A DNA stretch of 63,353 bases, the filler included, from Octopus bimaculoides (Eukaryota): assembly GCF_001194135.2 (NCBI RefSeq). It is 11 parts of 9 records of this genome, joined end to end, with 100 filler letters (N's around TTAATTAATTAA, not from the genome) between each part and the next. Parts side by side here need not be neighbours in the genome. Positions count along the whole stretch, not along the records: positions 11,906 to 19,648 come from NC_068982.1; positions 19,749 to 26,792 come from NC_068990.1; 9 more parts are not named here. One strand, written 5' to 3'. The notes beneath the pieces are model-generated. The model did no database searches. It saw only the letters and a list, made by a program, of their open reading frames with translations, and was not told the DNA's origin. A program made the translations under genes and the position numbers. Numbering within the stretch: the first letter of the stretch is position 1; each line of letters begins with the position of its first letter. Below, in pieces: positions 12,910 to 25,171 of this stretch.

Positions 12910-13350
12910 TGTTCCGCTAGGGTTTTGTTCCACTAGGGTTTTCCAGGACGTCCTCGTCGAGCTCTACAGATCTTCCAGGACAAGGCCCGTCTTCTAGGCT
13001 GTAATTTCCAGCTTGGAATTTCTGGAACCACCGTTGACACTGGCTTACATTTGTTGTCCGATCCCCATATACTGTATTAATAATATTCCTCACACTTTCC
13101 GTTGCGTTGTTGCCTTTATTGAACTCATAAAGCAAAATATGCTGAATATGCTCCTTTGTTACTTCCATTACAGCTTTGAAAAAAATAACTGTTAAAATCG
13201 AACTGCACTCTTCAAAACTTGCACTAAGAATAAGTACATGGTGAAATTACTACCTGCCTTTATAGCAAGTTGATGCAGGTAGTTTATACCGTCCCCCTCA
13301 GACTTTTAGTTCATGCAATTGAAAAAACCGTATTATTTATGGGATGACCC
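12910..13350 (-). mobile_element. mariner element, 5' half (TIR plus HTH-coding part)
   Basis: ORF MEVTKEHIQHILLYEFNKG...QRWFQKFQAGNYSLEDGPCPGR is the typical mariner N-terminal HTH. Putative TIR TTGGGTCATCCCATAAATAAT at ~13350. Confidence 0.85.
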
Positions 13351-13367
13351 AACATGTGTATATGTTT

Positions 13368-13548
13368 ACGTGTGTGTCTTAATGTCTGTGTTTGTCCCAC
13401 CCCATCACCGTTTGACAATTGGTGTTGGTGTGTTTACGTCCCCGTAAGCTAGCAGTTCGGCGAAAGAGACCGATAAAATAAGTACCAGAAATACGTCTTA
13501 TGGCGGTGCTCCAATATGGCCGCAGTCAAATAACTGAAACACGTAAAA

Positions 13549-13550
<2 letters not shown>
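13368..13550 (+). mobile_element. SINE family A, 3' half
   Basis: GTGTTTACGTCCCCGTAA...GGCCGCAGTCAAATAACTGAAACACGTAAAAG. Confidence 0.8.
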
Positions 13551-13591
<41 letters not shown>

Positions 13592-14642
13592 TCGTATTAA
13601 GACACACATAATTGTGTGTATATATGTATGCATATGTGTGTGTGTGTGTGTATGTATGTGTATGTGTGTGTGTGTACGAAAAGCAGGTAAGGCATAAGAC
13701 TGAAGCATCTAGCTAACTAGATAGAATATATATATATATAAAGACTTCGCCAGGTGGTGTTATAAAGTTAGACATAGCCTGGGGCAATACTGGACGAAAC
13801 CTATAAATATATNNNNNNNNNNNNNNNNNNNNNNNNNNNNNNNNNNNNNNNNNNNNNNNNNNNNNNNNNNNNNNNNNNNNNNNNNNNNNNNNNNNNNNNN
13901 NNNNNNNNNNNNNNNNNNNNNNNNNNNNNNNNNNNNNNNNNNNNNNNNNNNNNNNNNNNNNNNNNNNNNNNNNNNNNNNNNNNNNNNNNNNNNNNNNNNN
14001 NNNNNNNNNNNNNNNNNNNNNNNNNNNNNNNNNNNNNNNNNNNNNNNNNNNNNNNNNNNNNNNNNNNNNNNNNNNNNNNNNNNNNNNNNNNNNNNNNNNN
14101 NNNNNNNNNNNNNNNNNNNNNNNNNNNNNNNNNNNNNNNNNNNNNNNNNNNNNNNNNNNNNNNNNNNNNNNNNNNNNNNNNNNNNNNNNNNNNNNNNNNN
14201 NNNNNNNNNNNNNNNNNNNNNNNNNNNNNNNNNNNNNNNNNNNNNNNNNNNNNNNNNNNNNNNNNNNNNNNNNNNNNNNNNNNNNNNNNNNNNNNNNNNN
14301 NNNNNNNNNNNNNNNNNNNNNNNNNNNNNNNNNNNNNNNNNNNNNNNNNNNNNNNNATATATACCTATGTATATATGTATATATATATATGTATATATAT
14401 GGAGAGAGAGAGAAAGAGTAGATGATATACGTGAAGTGTTGTACTTGTCTGGAAGTTTAGGCAAGCGTAGGAAGGTGGTGAAAGCAATTCTTACTATCTT
14501 CCCTACTTAACGATCGTTTTGCATCTCCAATACCACTTGACAATCACTTCTATCCCCCGCACCACACCTGCCTTCAGTCGTCCATCTTTCTCCCTCTACT
14601 TACCTCTCCTTACCACTATGTATGTGTGTGTGTGTATGTATG

Positions 14643-14676
<34 letters not shown>

Positions 14677-14759
14677 TGTATGTATGTATGTATGTATGTA
14701 TGTATATCTAACATATATATGCACACGCAGACACACACGGACATATATATATATATTTG

Positions 14760-14791
<32 letters not shown>

Positions 14792-15675
14792 CATACATAC
14801 ACAAATATATATATATATNNNNNNNNNNNNNNNNNNNNNNNNNNNNNNNNNNNNNNNNNNNNNNNNNNNNNNNNNNNNNNNNNNNNNNNNNNNNNNNNNN
14901 NNNNNNNNNNNNNNNNNNNNNNNNNNNNNNNNNNNNNNNNNNNNNNNNNNNNNNNNNNNNNNNNNNNNNNNNNNNNNNNNNNNNNNNNNNNNNNNNNNNN
15001 NNNNNNNNNNNNNNNNNNNNNNNNNNNNNNNNNNNNNNNNNNNNNNNNNNNNNNNNNNNNNNNNNNNNNNNNNNNNNNNNNNNNNNNNNNNNNNNNNNNN
15101 NNNNNNNNNNNNNNNNNNNNNNNNNNNNNNNNNNNNNNNNNNNNNNNNNNNNNNNNNNNNNNNNNNNNNNNNNNNNNNNNNNNNNNNNNNNNNNNNNNNN
15201 NNNNNNNNNNNNNNNNNNNNNNNNNNNNNNNNNNNNNNNNNNNNNNNNNNNNNNNNNNNNNNNNNNNNNNNNNNNNNNNNNNNNNNNNNNNNNNNNNNNN
15301 NNNNNNNNNNNNNNNNNNNNNNNNNNNNNNNNNNNNNNNNNNNNNNNNNNNNNNNNNNNNNNNNNNNNNNNNNNNNNNNNNNNNNNNNNNNNNNNNNNNN
15401 NNNNNNNNNNNNNNNNNNNNNNNNNNNNNNNNNNNNNNNNNNNNNNNNNNNNNNNNNNNNNNNNNNNNNNNNNNNNNNNNNNNNNNNNNNNNNNNNNNNN
15501 NNNNNNNNNNNNNNNNNNNNNNNNNNNNNNNNNNNNNNNNNNNNNNNNNNNNNNNNNNNNNNNNNNNNNNNNNNNNNNNNNNNNNNNNNNNNNNNNNNNN
15601 NNNNNNNNNNNNNNNNNNNNNNNNNNNNNNNNNNNNNNNNNNNNNNNNNNNNNNNNNNNNNNNNNNNNNNNNNNN

Positions 15676-15751
15676 CATCATCATCATCATCATCATCACC
15701 ATCACCATCATCATCATCATCATCATCTCCATCATAATTATTATCATCATT

Positions 15752-15789
<38 letters not shown>

Positions 15790-15896
15790 GATCATCATCA
15801 TCATCATCAACATCATCATCATCATCTCCATCATAATTATTATCATCATTATCATCATCATCACCATCATCATCACCATCATCATCACCGTCATCG

Positions 15897-15947
<51 letters not shown>

Positions 15948-15950
15948 CCG
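15676..15950. repeat. (CAT)n repeat with a duplicated variant block
   Basis: Directly visible; CATCTCCATCATAATTATTATCATCATTATC occurs twice. Confidence 0.9.
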
Positions 15951-16259
15951 TCATTTCTTCTACTCATTCATTATCTTCAAGAGTATTCCACAATAAATTA
16001 CAGATGAATTGTTGCAGATAATTCATTGATACACCCACCCACCCACACACCCACCCGAACACACACACATACACACATATTTACATTTGCATATACACAT
16101 ACATTCACATCGATATACATTATACATACATGTATGCCTACACATAAGGCTTACATCATAACTCCTGGATGTATTGTGTGCACCCAATTATATATACATA
16201 CAAGCACATATTTGCACATATAATACACGCGTGCGCATTCATACGTGACAATTATTCGG

Positions 16260-16333
16260 TAGCCATAATAAAACTCCGAGATTCGGATATCGGGGCAGAA
16301 ACCCGCGCCGACATCTCTTCAGTTATCTGGCCA
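16260..16333 (-). ncRNA. Type I hammerhead ribozyme-like motif, near intact
   Basis: CUGAAGA core (16322-16316); stem I 11 bp with one bulge; stem II 8+4 bp; GAA then U instead of A15.1; stem III CUC/GAG; GUU site. Manual fold. Confidence 0.65.
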
Positions 16334-16460
16334 TCGAAAAAATGGCCTATATATATATATNNNNNNNNNNNNNNNNNNNNNNNNNNNNNNNNNNNNNNNN
16401 NNNNNNNNNNNNNNNNNNNNNNNNNNNNNNNNNNNNNNNNNNNNNNNNNNNNNNNNNNNN

Positions 16461-16579
16461 AGCCTAGTACTTATTCTATTGGTCCCTTTTGCTGAACTGC
16501 TAAGTTACGGTGATGTAAACACACCAGCATCAGCTGTCAAGTGATGTTGGGGGAGGAGAACAAACAGACACACAAACAC

Positions 16580-16610
<31 letters not shown>

Positions 16611-16777
16611 TACGATAGGCTTCTTTCAGTTTCCATCTACCAAATCCACTCACAAGGCTTTGGTCGGCCCGAGGCTATAGAGGAAGACACTTGCCCAAGG
16701 TACCACGCAGTGGGACTGAACCCAGAACCATGTGGTTGGTAAGCAAGCTACTTACCACACAGCCACTCCTGCACCTA
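16461..16777 (-). mobile_element. SINE family A, young; 3' end lost in the gap
   Basis: Near identical to 24921-25333 over the head and core. Confidence 0.9.
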
Positions 16778-17403
16778 TAATGAGAAAGTTTTTTTTTTAC
16801 ATTTAGACGTACTTTAGTGTAATTAGTAACACATTTGTCTGGCCTACAGAAGATGCTTGGTATGAGACTGATGTGCAATTTTCAGTCCCTTTTTTTCCCC
16901 ATATTAGGGATTTTTAACTCATAAGCAAGGGAGGCTGAAATCATGTGATCTCATGGTCTAGCACTGGAGGTAACAGGGCTTTATCTCCCTGCTGGCAATA
17001 AAAATAAGAATGCATTTTGCACCAAAACCCAATATCAAAGTTTCTCTCATGACAACTACCACAGTGTAGTTCTTACAAAACATCCAAGTTTAAGTGGTAA
17101 TAAATATCATTTATAGCCCATTTTGCTTCAGAACACATAGCTAAGAAAGACTGATGTACCAATGTGTGTGTGCATGGAAGAGATGTGTTCATGAGCCTGT
17201 ATATATATATATTTATATATGTGTTTATTATGGTAGTTTTTGACTTTAAGAGTCCCACCTAGCATGAGGCATTTATGTGTAGTAATGCCCTTAATATAAA
17301 TAAATATATTTCTAGGGAATAATTAATAATTTTTTTCCCTTACCAGGTTTTTCACGCTAACTACTTGATAAATTCTTATAAAGATTTTATCCTATATTCA
17401 AAT

Positions 17404-17465
<62 letters not shown>

Positions 17466-17762
17466 TAAAAAAAATATAAAAAAGGGTTTTATATGATCGT
17501 GTATAGAGGAATATATTATTTAAAAGAGTTCCAACTCTGTCTGTTTTTTATGTTTCTTTATATTCTTATAAAATTAATGTGGGATATAGAATATGGAATA
17601 TATAATATAAATAGTAAAATGAAATGTAGTATTGAATGTCTTATTGAATATATGAAATATTGAGTATTACATATATAAGGACTAGTATACTTTCCTGCCT
17701 CATGGCAGTCATCAAGGTCCCGTCGTGTGTGTGTGTGTGTGTGTGTATGTATACATATATAC

Positions 17763-17925
17763 AAAGCATCGGCATTAGGAAGGTCATCCAGCTGTAGAAA
17801 TCAGGCCAAAAGTGACATGGAACATGAGGCAATCCAGTAGCTCACTGAATCCTATCACACTATTCAACTCATGCCAGCTTAGAAAATGAACGTGAAATAA
17901 TGATGAAGAAGATGATGATGATGAT
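17763..17925 (+). mobile_element. Repeat family C (retroelement-type 3' end with (GAT)n tail)
   Basis: TAGGAAGGTCATCCAGCTGTAGAAA...CATGCCAGC...GATGATGATG, reverse-matching 49876-50045. Confidence 0.6.
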
Positions 17926-18151
17926 ACATCACTTGTTTCAATGAGACAATCCAGAAATTGCTATACACTGCCGGTCAGAATACACTACCAATTCATTTAT
18001 GTCTATGTCCTTTTTTGTCGTGCTTCTCATAGTTTTAATATGACATTTTGTTATTTATTTATGCCTGTTTTACCATGTTACTACGGATTAAAGGAATATG
18101 TTATTCATTCATTCTTTTACCACTTGATGCCCTTCCTAGTATCAGGATGGC

Positions 18152-18365
18152 ATTTTGCAAGGTAGCAGAATCATTGGCATACCAGGCAAAATGCTTAGTG
18201 GCATTTTGTCCACCTTTACATTCTGAGTTCAAATTCTGCTGAGGTCTACTTTGCTTTTCGTCCTTTTGGGAGTTGATAAAATAAGTACCAGTTGAGGACT
18301 GGGGTCGATGTAATAGACTTAACTCCTCTCCCACACCTGCTGCTCTTGTGCCAAAATATGAAACT
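18152..18365 (+). mobile_element. SINE family B, near full length
   Basis: TAGCAGAATCATTGG (A-box-like), GAGTTCAAATTC (B-box), GATAAAATAAGTACC...CTGGGGTCGAT domain, GTGCCAAAAT tail. Confidence 0.85.
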
Positions 18366-18406
18366 AATATTACTCTAGCATTTGTTTAATCAAAGTTGGG
18401 AAGTTT

Positions 18407-18775
18407 AGGTGCAGGCATGGCTGTCTGATAAGAACTTTGCTCTCAACTACATGATACCGGGTTCAATCCCACTGAGTGGCACCTTTGGCAAGTATCTTTT
18501 ACTATTTGCCCAGGGATGATCAAAGCCTCATGAATGAATTTGGTAGACAGAAACTGAAAGAAGCCCATTTTGTATGTGTGCGCGTGTGGTGTGTGTGTAT
18601 CTATGTTTGTGTGACTATGTTTGTGCTTGTCTCCCACCACTACCACTTGACAATTGGTGTTGGTTTATTTATGTCCCTGTAACTTAGTGGTTTGGCAAAA
18701 AGTGACTAACTGACTGACTGATTGACTAAGTACCAGATTTAAAAGAAAATAAGTGTTAGGGGTTGATTTGTTTAA
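18407..18775 (+). mobile_element. SINE family A, diverged
   Basis: AGGTGCAGGCATGGCTG head, GGGTTCAATCCC B-box, GGCAAGTATCTT core. Confidence 0.8.
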
Positions 18776-19572
18776 CTTCTGCCATATTTGAACTCAAAGT
18801 GCATAGAGGTGAAACAAATACTTGCAAAGCATTCTAATCTTATATTCTAGCAACTCTGCCAGTTTACAATGATGAAAGACAAAAATCAAGAAGGGCAAGA
18901 TTTGAACATGAAATATTAAAGGATGAAACTAAATACCACAGGGTAATAACGGAGGACAATATCACAACATCTACCACATAATATAAAATAGATAAATAAG
19001 TAAATAAACAAGAATCACAGCAAATTTTGGCAAGCAATCTTCAGTGAGATATTAAATAAATTATTGTAGAATCTGCTATATAGTTACTTGACCCATATAA
19101 TGTTTCAGCCAAATTTCTCTTAAGAAACTTCATACCATTATTAAAAGAAGGAGCTCACATCTCATATTTAAAATCTTAGGGACAGTATGCCCACAAAACA
19201 AAAGAGGGGGGTAGCAGCATGTCATGAGTAGATAATCCACATGATAAAAATTGATTCAAAACTGACATGTTGCCTTTCTTTATATCTGTCTGTCTCATCT
19301 ATAAGAGAAACAATGCAATTTTGAGTAGCGATACTGAGTCATTTTTGTGAGCAGCTAAATGTATTTTGAATAAATAATTAGGTGCATATATCAAACAGAC
19401 CCGTTTTATTATTAAAACACATTCTATTTACATAAATACACACACACACACACATATCTATACATATTTGCGTATGTATACGTATAAATATTTATGCATA
19501 CATATATGCACATACACATACATACACATGCACGCACACGCACATACATATAAATATATACACCCACATACA

Positions 19573-19648
<76 letters not shown>

Positions 19649-19748
19649 NNNNNNNNNNNNNNNNNNNNNNNNNNNNNNNNNNNNNNNNNNNNTTAATTAA
19701 TTAANNNNNNNNNNNNNNNNNNNNNNNNNNNNNNNNNNNNNNNNNNNN
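19649..19748. other. Artificial scaffold linker
   Basis: N44-TTAATTAATTAA-N44. Confidence 0.95.
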
Positions 19749-19949
19749 TATATATATATATATATATCCCACCTCCACCACGGCATTAAACAAATGTATA
19801 CCTCCCACGGAAAAAAAGGGTGGATATTAGTTTGTTTTTTTTTGTCTCGTTTGACTACATTTATTTGTTTATAATTATAGAAGCGGTGCTCTATCAAATT
19901 GTCAACGCTATAGAGAAGAACGGAACTGAGTACTAATACGAAAGTGTTA

Positions 19950-22900
19950 ATGACGATTAACCAAACTCATGTCGGATCAGAGGAAATATTAACAATGATA
20001 AATAGTAAAAAAAATGAAAATAATAATATCAGTGATGATAACAATAATAATGAAAGGAAGCGGCTGGAATCTCCCCATGTCCTCGTTGATGATACATCTA
20101 GTGATGGTGTCACAATAAATAACACTGGTAATTGTGCAATCTTATAATCGCTACAACATATGAGTGACAATGAAAAAACAAAATATTGTGAATAACGGTG
20201 GTAATGAAACTTAAGCCCTTGATGGTAACAGCTTTGCACCAGGCAGGCTAAGAGATACTGGTCCGAATCCAGATTGTCGTTATCCAGCAATGCACCAGCA
20301 CATAGGGCATAGATGGAACAAACACGTCAATGCCGTGGTCATGGAGTGTTACTACCTGAGCAATCCTGTAGACGAAAATAGTGCTCCTATTAGGGGATAC
20401 CGACAACGTGTGTATGATCAATGGAGAGAAAGAGAGAATTGTTTCAACTCACGGAACAGAGATTATGTTGATGTCAAGAAAAAGAAATATAATGAGAGTG
20501 ACAAAAGAAAAATCCATGGTTGAAAAGAAGAATACAGGCGGGGTTAGATATGCTCCCGAAAGATATTTCTGTGTTAGACCAAAAAGAAAAGGGAGAGCTT
20601 AAAAGCGAAAAAAAATACATGGCACTGAACAGGAAGTATAATATTGAAAGAAAGGGCCTGAAAGTGGTAATAGAGGAACTGAAACAGTGCCTTGTTGCAA
20701 AGAAAGCAAAGATGGTAAGATACGACCAAAGAATGAAGGGTTACCAGCAGAATTGGTTATTCAGAGTAGAAGAGATTCTTCAAAAAAAAAATGGAGTGTA
20801 CAGAGGAAAAGTTGATACCAGATAACACTGAAAGTCAAAGGTTTTAGAGTGACATCTGGAGCAAAGACAAAGAACACAAGAAGGATGCTCAATGGTTGCA
20901 AGAACTGAAACAAACAGTAGTCTGTCCAAAACAAGCAGTACTAGTCATTTCAGTTAGGGAAATGAAGGAAATCAGCAAAACAATGGGCAACTGGAACGCC
21001 CCGGGACCAGATGGAGTTCGAGATTACTGGATCAAAAGATTTGGTGAATGTCATGTACGAATAGCTGCACAACTCAACACCTTGTTAAATGCCAACCAAG
21101 TAACATCAGAATAGTTGACAATAGGTAGGACAGTGCTGTGCCTGAAAAACATCGAAAAAGGCAATACGGTAGACAATTACAGGTTGATATCCAGCTTGCC
21201 ACTTATGTGGAAATTATTGACTGGAATAGTCACAGAGTCAACATAAGGACATCTGGAAAAAATGGAGTCCTGCTATATGAGCAAAAGGGTTGCAAGCTAG
21301 AGTATAGCGGTACCAAGGATCGACTCCTGATAGACAAAACTGTACTTAGAGATTACAAGAGGAAGAAAACTAACTTAATCATGTCATGGATCGATTATCG
21401 TAAGGCCTACGATATAATCCCACATTCCTGGATTATGGAATGCATGAACCTATTTGGTATTGCTTCGAATGTTGGGCGATTGCTTGGAAAAAGTATGGCG
21501 AAGTGGAGGACAGAACTGACAGCATATGGAAGAAGTTTAGAGACAATAGAGATCAGGAGAGGCATCTTCCAAGGGGACTATATGTCCCCACTGATCTTTG
21601 TACTGTGCGTGATACCACTAATACTGATTCTGAGGAAAGCAAAAGCTGAGTATGTATTCAAGAGCCGCCAACAAAAAGTCAATGACTTGTTATTCATGAA
21701 TGACCTCAAACTCTAAGGCAGTTCCCTCGTTGATATGGTGTTTACCTTCAGTGCTGGTATCGGAATGGAGTTCGGACTGAAAAAGTATGGTATGTCTATC
21801 TTGAAGATCTCAAAGGCATGGATAGGCTAGCCATACCGTCAGAGAAGGTTATGAAGCAAATAGAAAAGACGGGCTATAAGTACTTGGGGATTTGGGAAAT
21901 AGATAAATTGATGGAGACAAAATGAAAAATTTAAGGTAGTGTACTTGCGCAGACAGAGACTGATTCCAAAGTCGAAATTAAACGGACGGAATAAGACTGA
22001 AGTTATCAACACCTGGGCGGTTTCACTCCTTAGTTATGGATCAGGGGTAATCGCATGGACAGTAGACGAACTAAACAGTTTAGACAAAAAGACAAGGAAG
22101 TTGCTGACTAGATATGGGATACTCCACCCAAAAAGTGACACAGACAGACTGAATGTACCAAGAAATAGAGGAGGACGTGGACTGGTTGGATACGAATACA
22201 ACATTAGAGCAGAAGAAAACAACATAGCATGGTTTGTAAAAAATGCTACAGAACCGCTATTATTGGAAGTAAGATCAGACTTGTGTAGAAAGGAAGATTG
22301 CAAAGATAAAGCACTGTACAAGCAATTGAAAATGAATGAAACTGAAAATAATAAAGAAAGATTAGAAGATAAGACAGACAAAGCAAAAAGATGGCTATGG
22401 ATGACTAAAAGGGATTTAAAACTGGAAATGGAGGCCCTAATCAGTGCTGCCCATGAGCAAGCATTAAGAACCAATTACATCAAATATAGAATAGACAACA
22501 CATCAGAAAGTGATAAGTGCAGAATTTGTGGACAAAATGGTGAAACCTTATGACATATTACCAGTCCATGTACGCCACTAGCCAAGAAATAATGTGAGAA
22601 GTCATGACAACGTGGCAAGGATTCTCCATTGGACACTTTGTGACAAGTATGGACTTGACAGAGCAAAAACGTGGTACGGATATAAACCTGAAGGCATCAT
22701 CGAAAATGATAATGCAGAGATCCTATGGGATTTTATGATTCAGTGCCACCTTGAGATAGAGAATAGGAAACCAGACATAGTGTTAATTGAGAAAGAGAGC
22801 AAACAATGCTGAATCATAGATATAGCATGTGCAGCTGATAACAAGGTATATGATAAGCAAGAAAGAAAAGTCGGTAGATATGACAGGTTAGCTTGAGAGG

Positions 22901-23162
22901 TCAAGCAGTTGTGGTTGATGAAAAAGGTGGTAGTAGTACCAATAATTACTGGAGCCCTAGGAACAGTGAGTAAAAGTCTTGAGAAGTATATGGAATAAAT
23001 AGGGGCTGCAATAAGGGTAGAGCAATTGCAGAAAACAGCACTTCTTGGAACCGCACGAATACTCCGGATAGTGCTCGAAAGATAAGGGGTGTTACCTTAG
23101 TTCACTGGTAGTGAACAGCTGACACCGCAGTACAACTCCAGCGTTAGCAGCTGTGCAAAGAC

Positions 23163-23232
<70 letters not shown>
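19950..23232 (+). mobile_element. R4/Dong-clade non-LTR retrotransposon (RT + CCHC + RLE), near full length, decayed; 5' boundary approximate
   Basis: [59 protein letters not shown]...C, HDNVA, KPDIVL..IID, KTALLGTARIL; (TAA)n tail 23163-23232. Confidence 0.92.
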
Positions 23233-24062
23233 NNNNNNNNNNNNNNNNNNNNNNNNNNNNNNNNNNNNNNNNNNNNNNNNNNNNNNNNNNNNNNNNNNNN
23301 NNNNNNNNNNNNNNNNNNNNNNNNNNNNNNNNNNNNNNNNNNNNNNNNNNNNNNNNNNNNNNNNNNNNNNNNNNNNNNNNNNNNNNNNNNNNNNNNNNNN
23401 NNNNNNNNNNNNNNNNNNNNNNNNNNNNNNNNNNNNNNNNNNNNNNNNNNNNNNNNNNNNNNNNNNNNNNNNNNNNNNNNNNNNNNNNNNNNNNNNNNNN
23501 NNNNNNNNNNNNNNNNNNNNNNNNNNNNNNNNNNNNNNNNNNNNNNNNNNNNNNNNNNNNNNNNNNNNNNNNNNNNNNNNNNNNNNNNNNNNNNNNNNNN
23601 NNNNNNNNNNNNNNNNNNNNNNNNNNNNNNNNNNNNNNNNNNNNNNNNNNNNNNNNNNNNNNNNNNNNNNNNNNNNNNNNNNNNNNNNNNNNNNNNNNNN
23701 NNNNNNNNNNNNNNNNNNNNNNNNNNNNNNNNNNNNNNNNNNNNNNNNNNNNNNNNNNNNNNNNNNNNNNNNNNNNNNNNNNNNNNNNNNNNNNNNNNNN
23801 NNNNNNNNNNNNNNNNNNNNNNNNNNNNNNNNNNNNNNNNNNNNNNNNNNNNNNNNNNNNNNNNNNNNNNNNNNNNNNNNNNNNNNNNNNNNNNNNNNNN
23901 NNNNNNNNNNNNNNNNNNNNNNNNNNNNNNNNNNNNNNNNNNNNNNNNNNNNNNNNNNNNNNNNNNNNNNNNNNNNNNNNNNNNNNNNNNNNNNNNNNNN
24001 NNNNNNNNNNNNNNNNNNNNNNNNNNNNNNNNNNNNNNNNNNNNNNNNNNNNNNNNNNNNNN

Positions 24063-24297
24063 TAAAAAAATATTCAGACAAATACATAACAAAAACACCA
24101 GGACTTACAAATATATATAACATACAGAAAATTGCACTACTGGGCACTGCACACATCCTACGCAAAACACTTTCAATACAGTAACCATAAGAGCGTCACA
24201 GCAAACCACAGCACATACCCAAGGCACACAGAGCTGCGCTCGGTAATGAAGTGAAAGCACGTTATAAAAATAAAACTACTGAACAGTAGTAGTAGTA

Positions 24298-24396
<99 letters not shown>
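24063..24396 (+). mobile_element. R4/Dong LINE 3' end (second subfamily) with (TAA)n tail
   Basis: QKIALLGTAHILRKTLSIQ*, a distinct 3' UTR and (TAA)n. 5' part lies in the gap. Confidence 0.85.
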
Positions 24397-25140
24397 GAGA
24401 AGCAGCCACATTTATGACTAACTAGTGCATTAATGAGTAAAGTGTTAGAAAAAATGCCGAACTGGAAAGGCCCAGAACAAGATTTTGTTCAGGAGTACTG
24501 GCTAAAGAAATTTAGTAGTTTACATGGGAGGCTGAGGGAACAACTTCAGGATTGCCTTAATGGAGGAACAATACCAGATTGGATGACTAGAGGGAGAAAA
24601 ATACTCTTTATCCAAGATAAAAGCAAGTGTAATACAGTTAGCAACTGTAGACCAATCACGTACTTACCATTAGTGTGGAAGTTGTTAATAGGAATGCTTT
24701 CTGAAGGCATTTACGAGCACCTCGACAACCAAAATTTACTGCCAAAATAATAGAAAGATTGCAGGAAGAAGGCTAGAGGAACACATGATCTATTATATAT
24801 AGACAAAGCGGTTCTAAATGAAGTAAAAGGTAGAAAGAAGAATTTAACAGTAGCATGGATAAATTATAAGAAGGCCTACGACATGATCCCACACTCATGG
24901 ATAAGTGAATGTTTTAGTATACTCTTACTCTTTACTCTTTTACTTGTTTCTGTCATTTGACTGTGGCCATGCTGGGGCACCGCCTTTAGTTGAGAAAATC
25001 GACCCCAGGACTTATTCTTTGTAAGCCTAGTACTTATTCTATCGGTCTCTTTTTGCCGAACCGCTAAGTTACGGGGACGTAAACACACCAGCCTCGGTTG
25101 TCAATCGAAGTTGGGGGGACAAACACAGACACACAAACAT

Positions 25141-25171
<31 letters not shown>

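Noticed and set aside
13700-13735. CTGAAGC-ATCTAG-CTAA-CTAGAT-AGAA hammerhead-like string
   Set aside because: Two or more core mismatches and no stem I or stem III partner.
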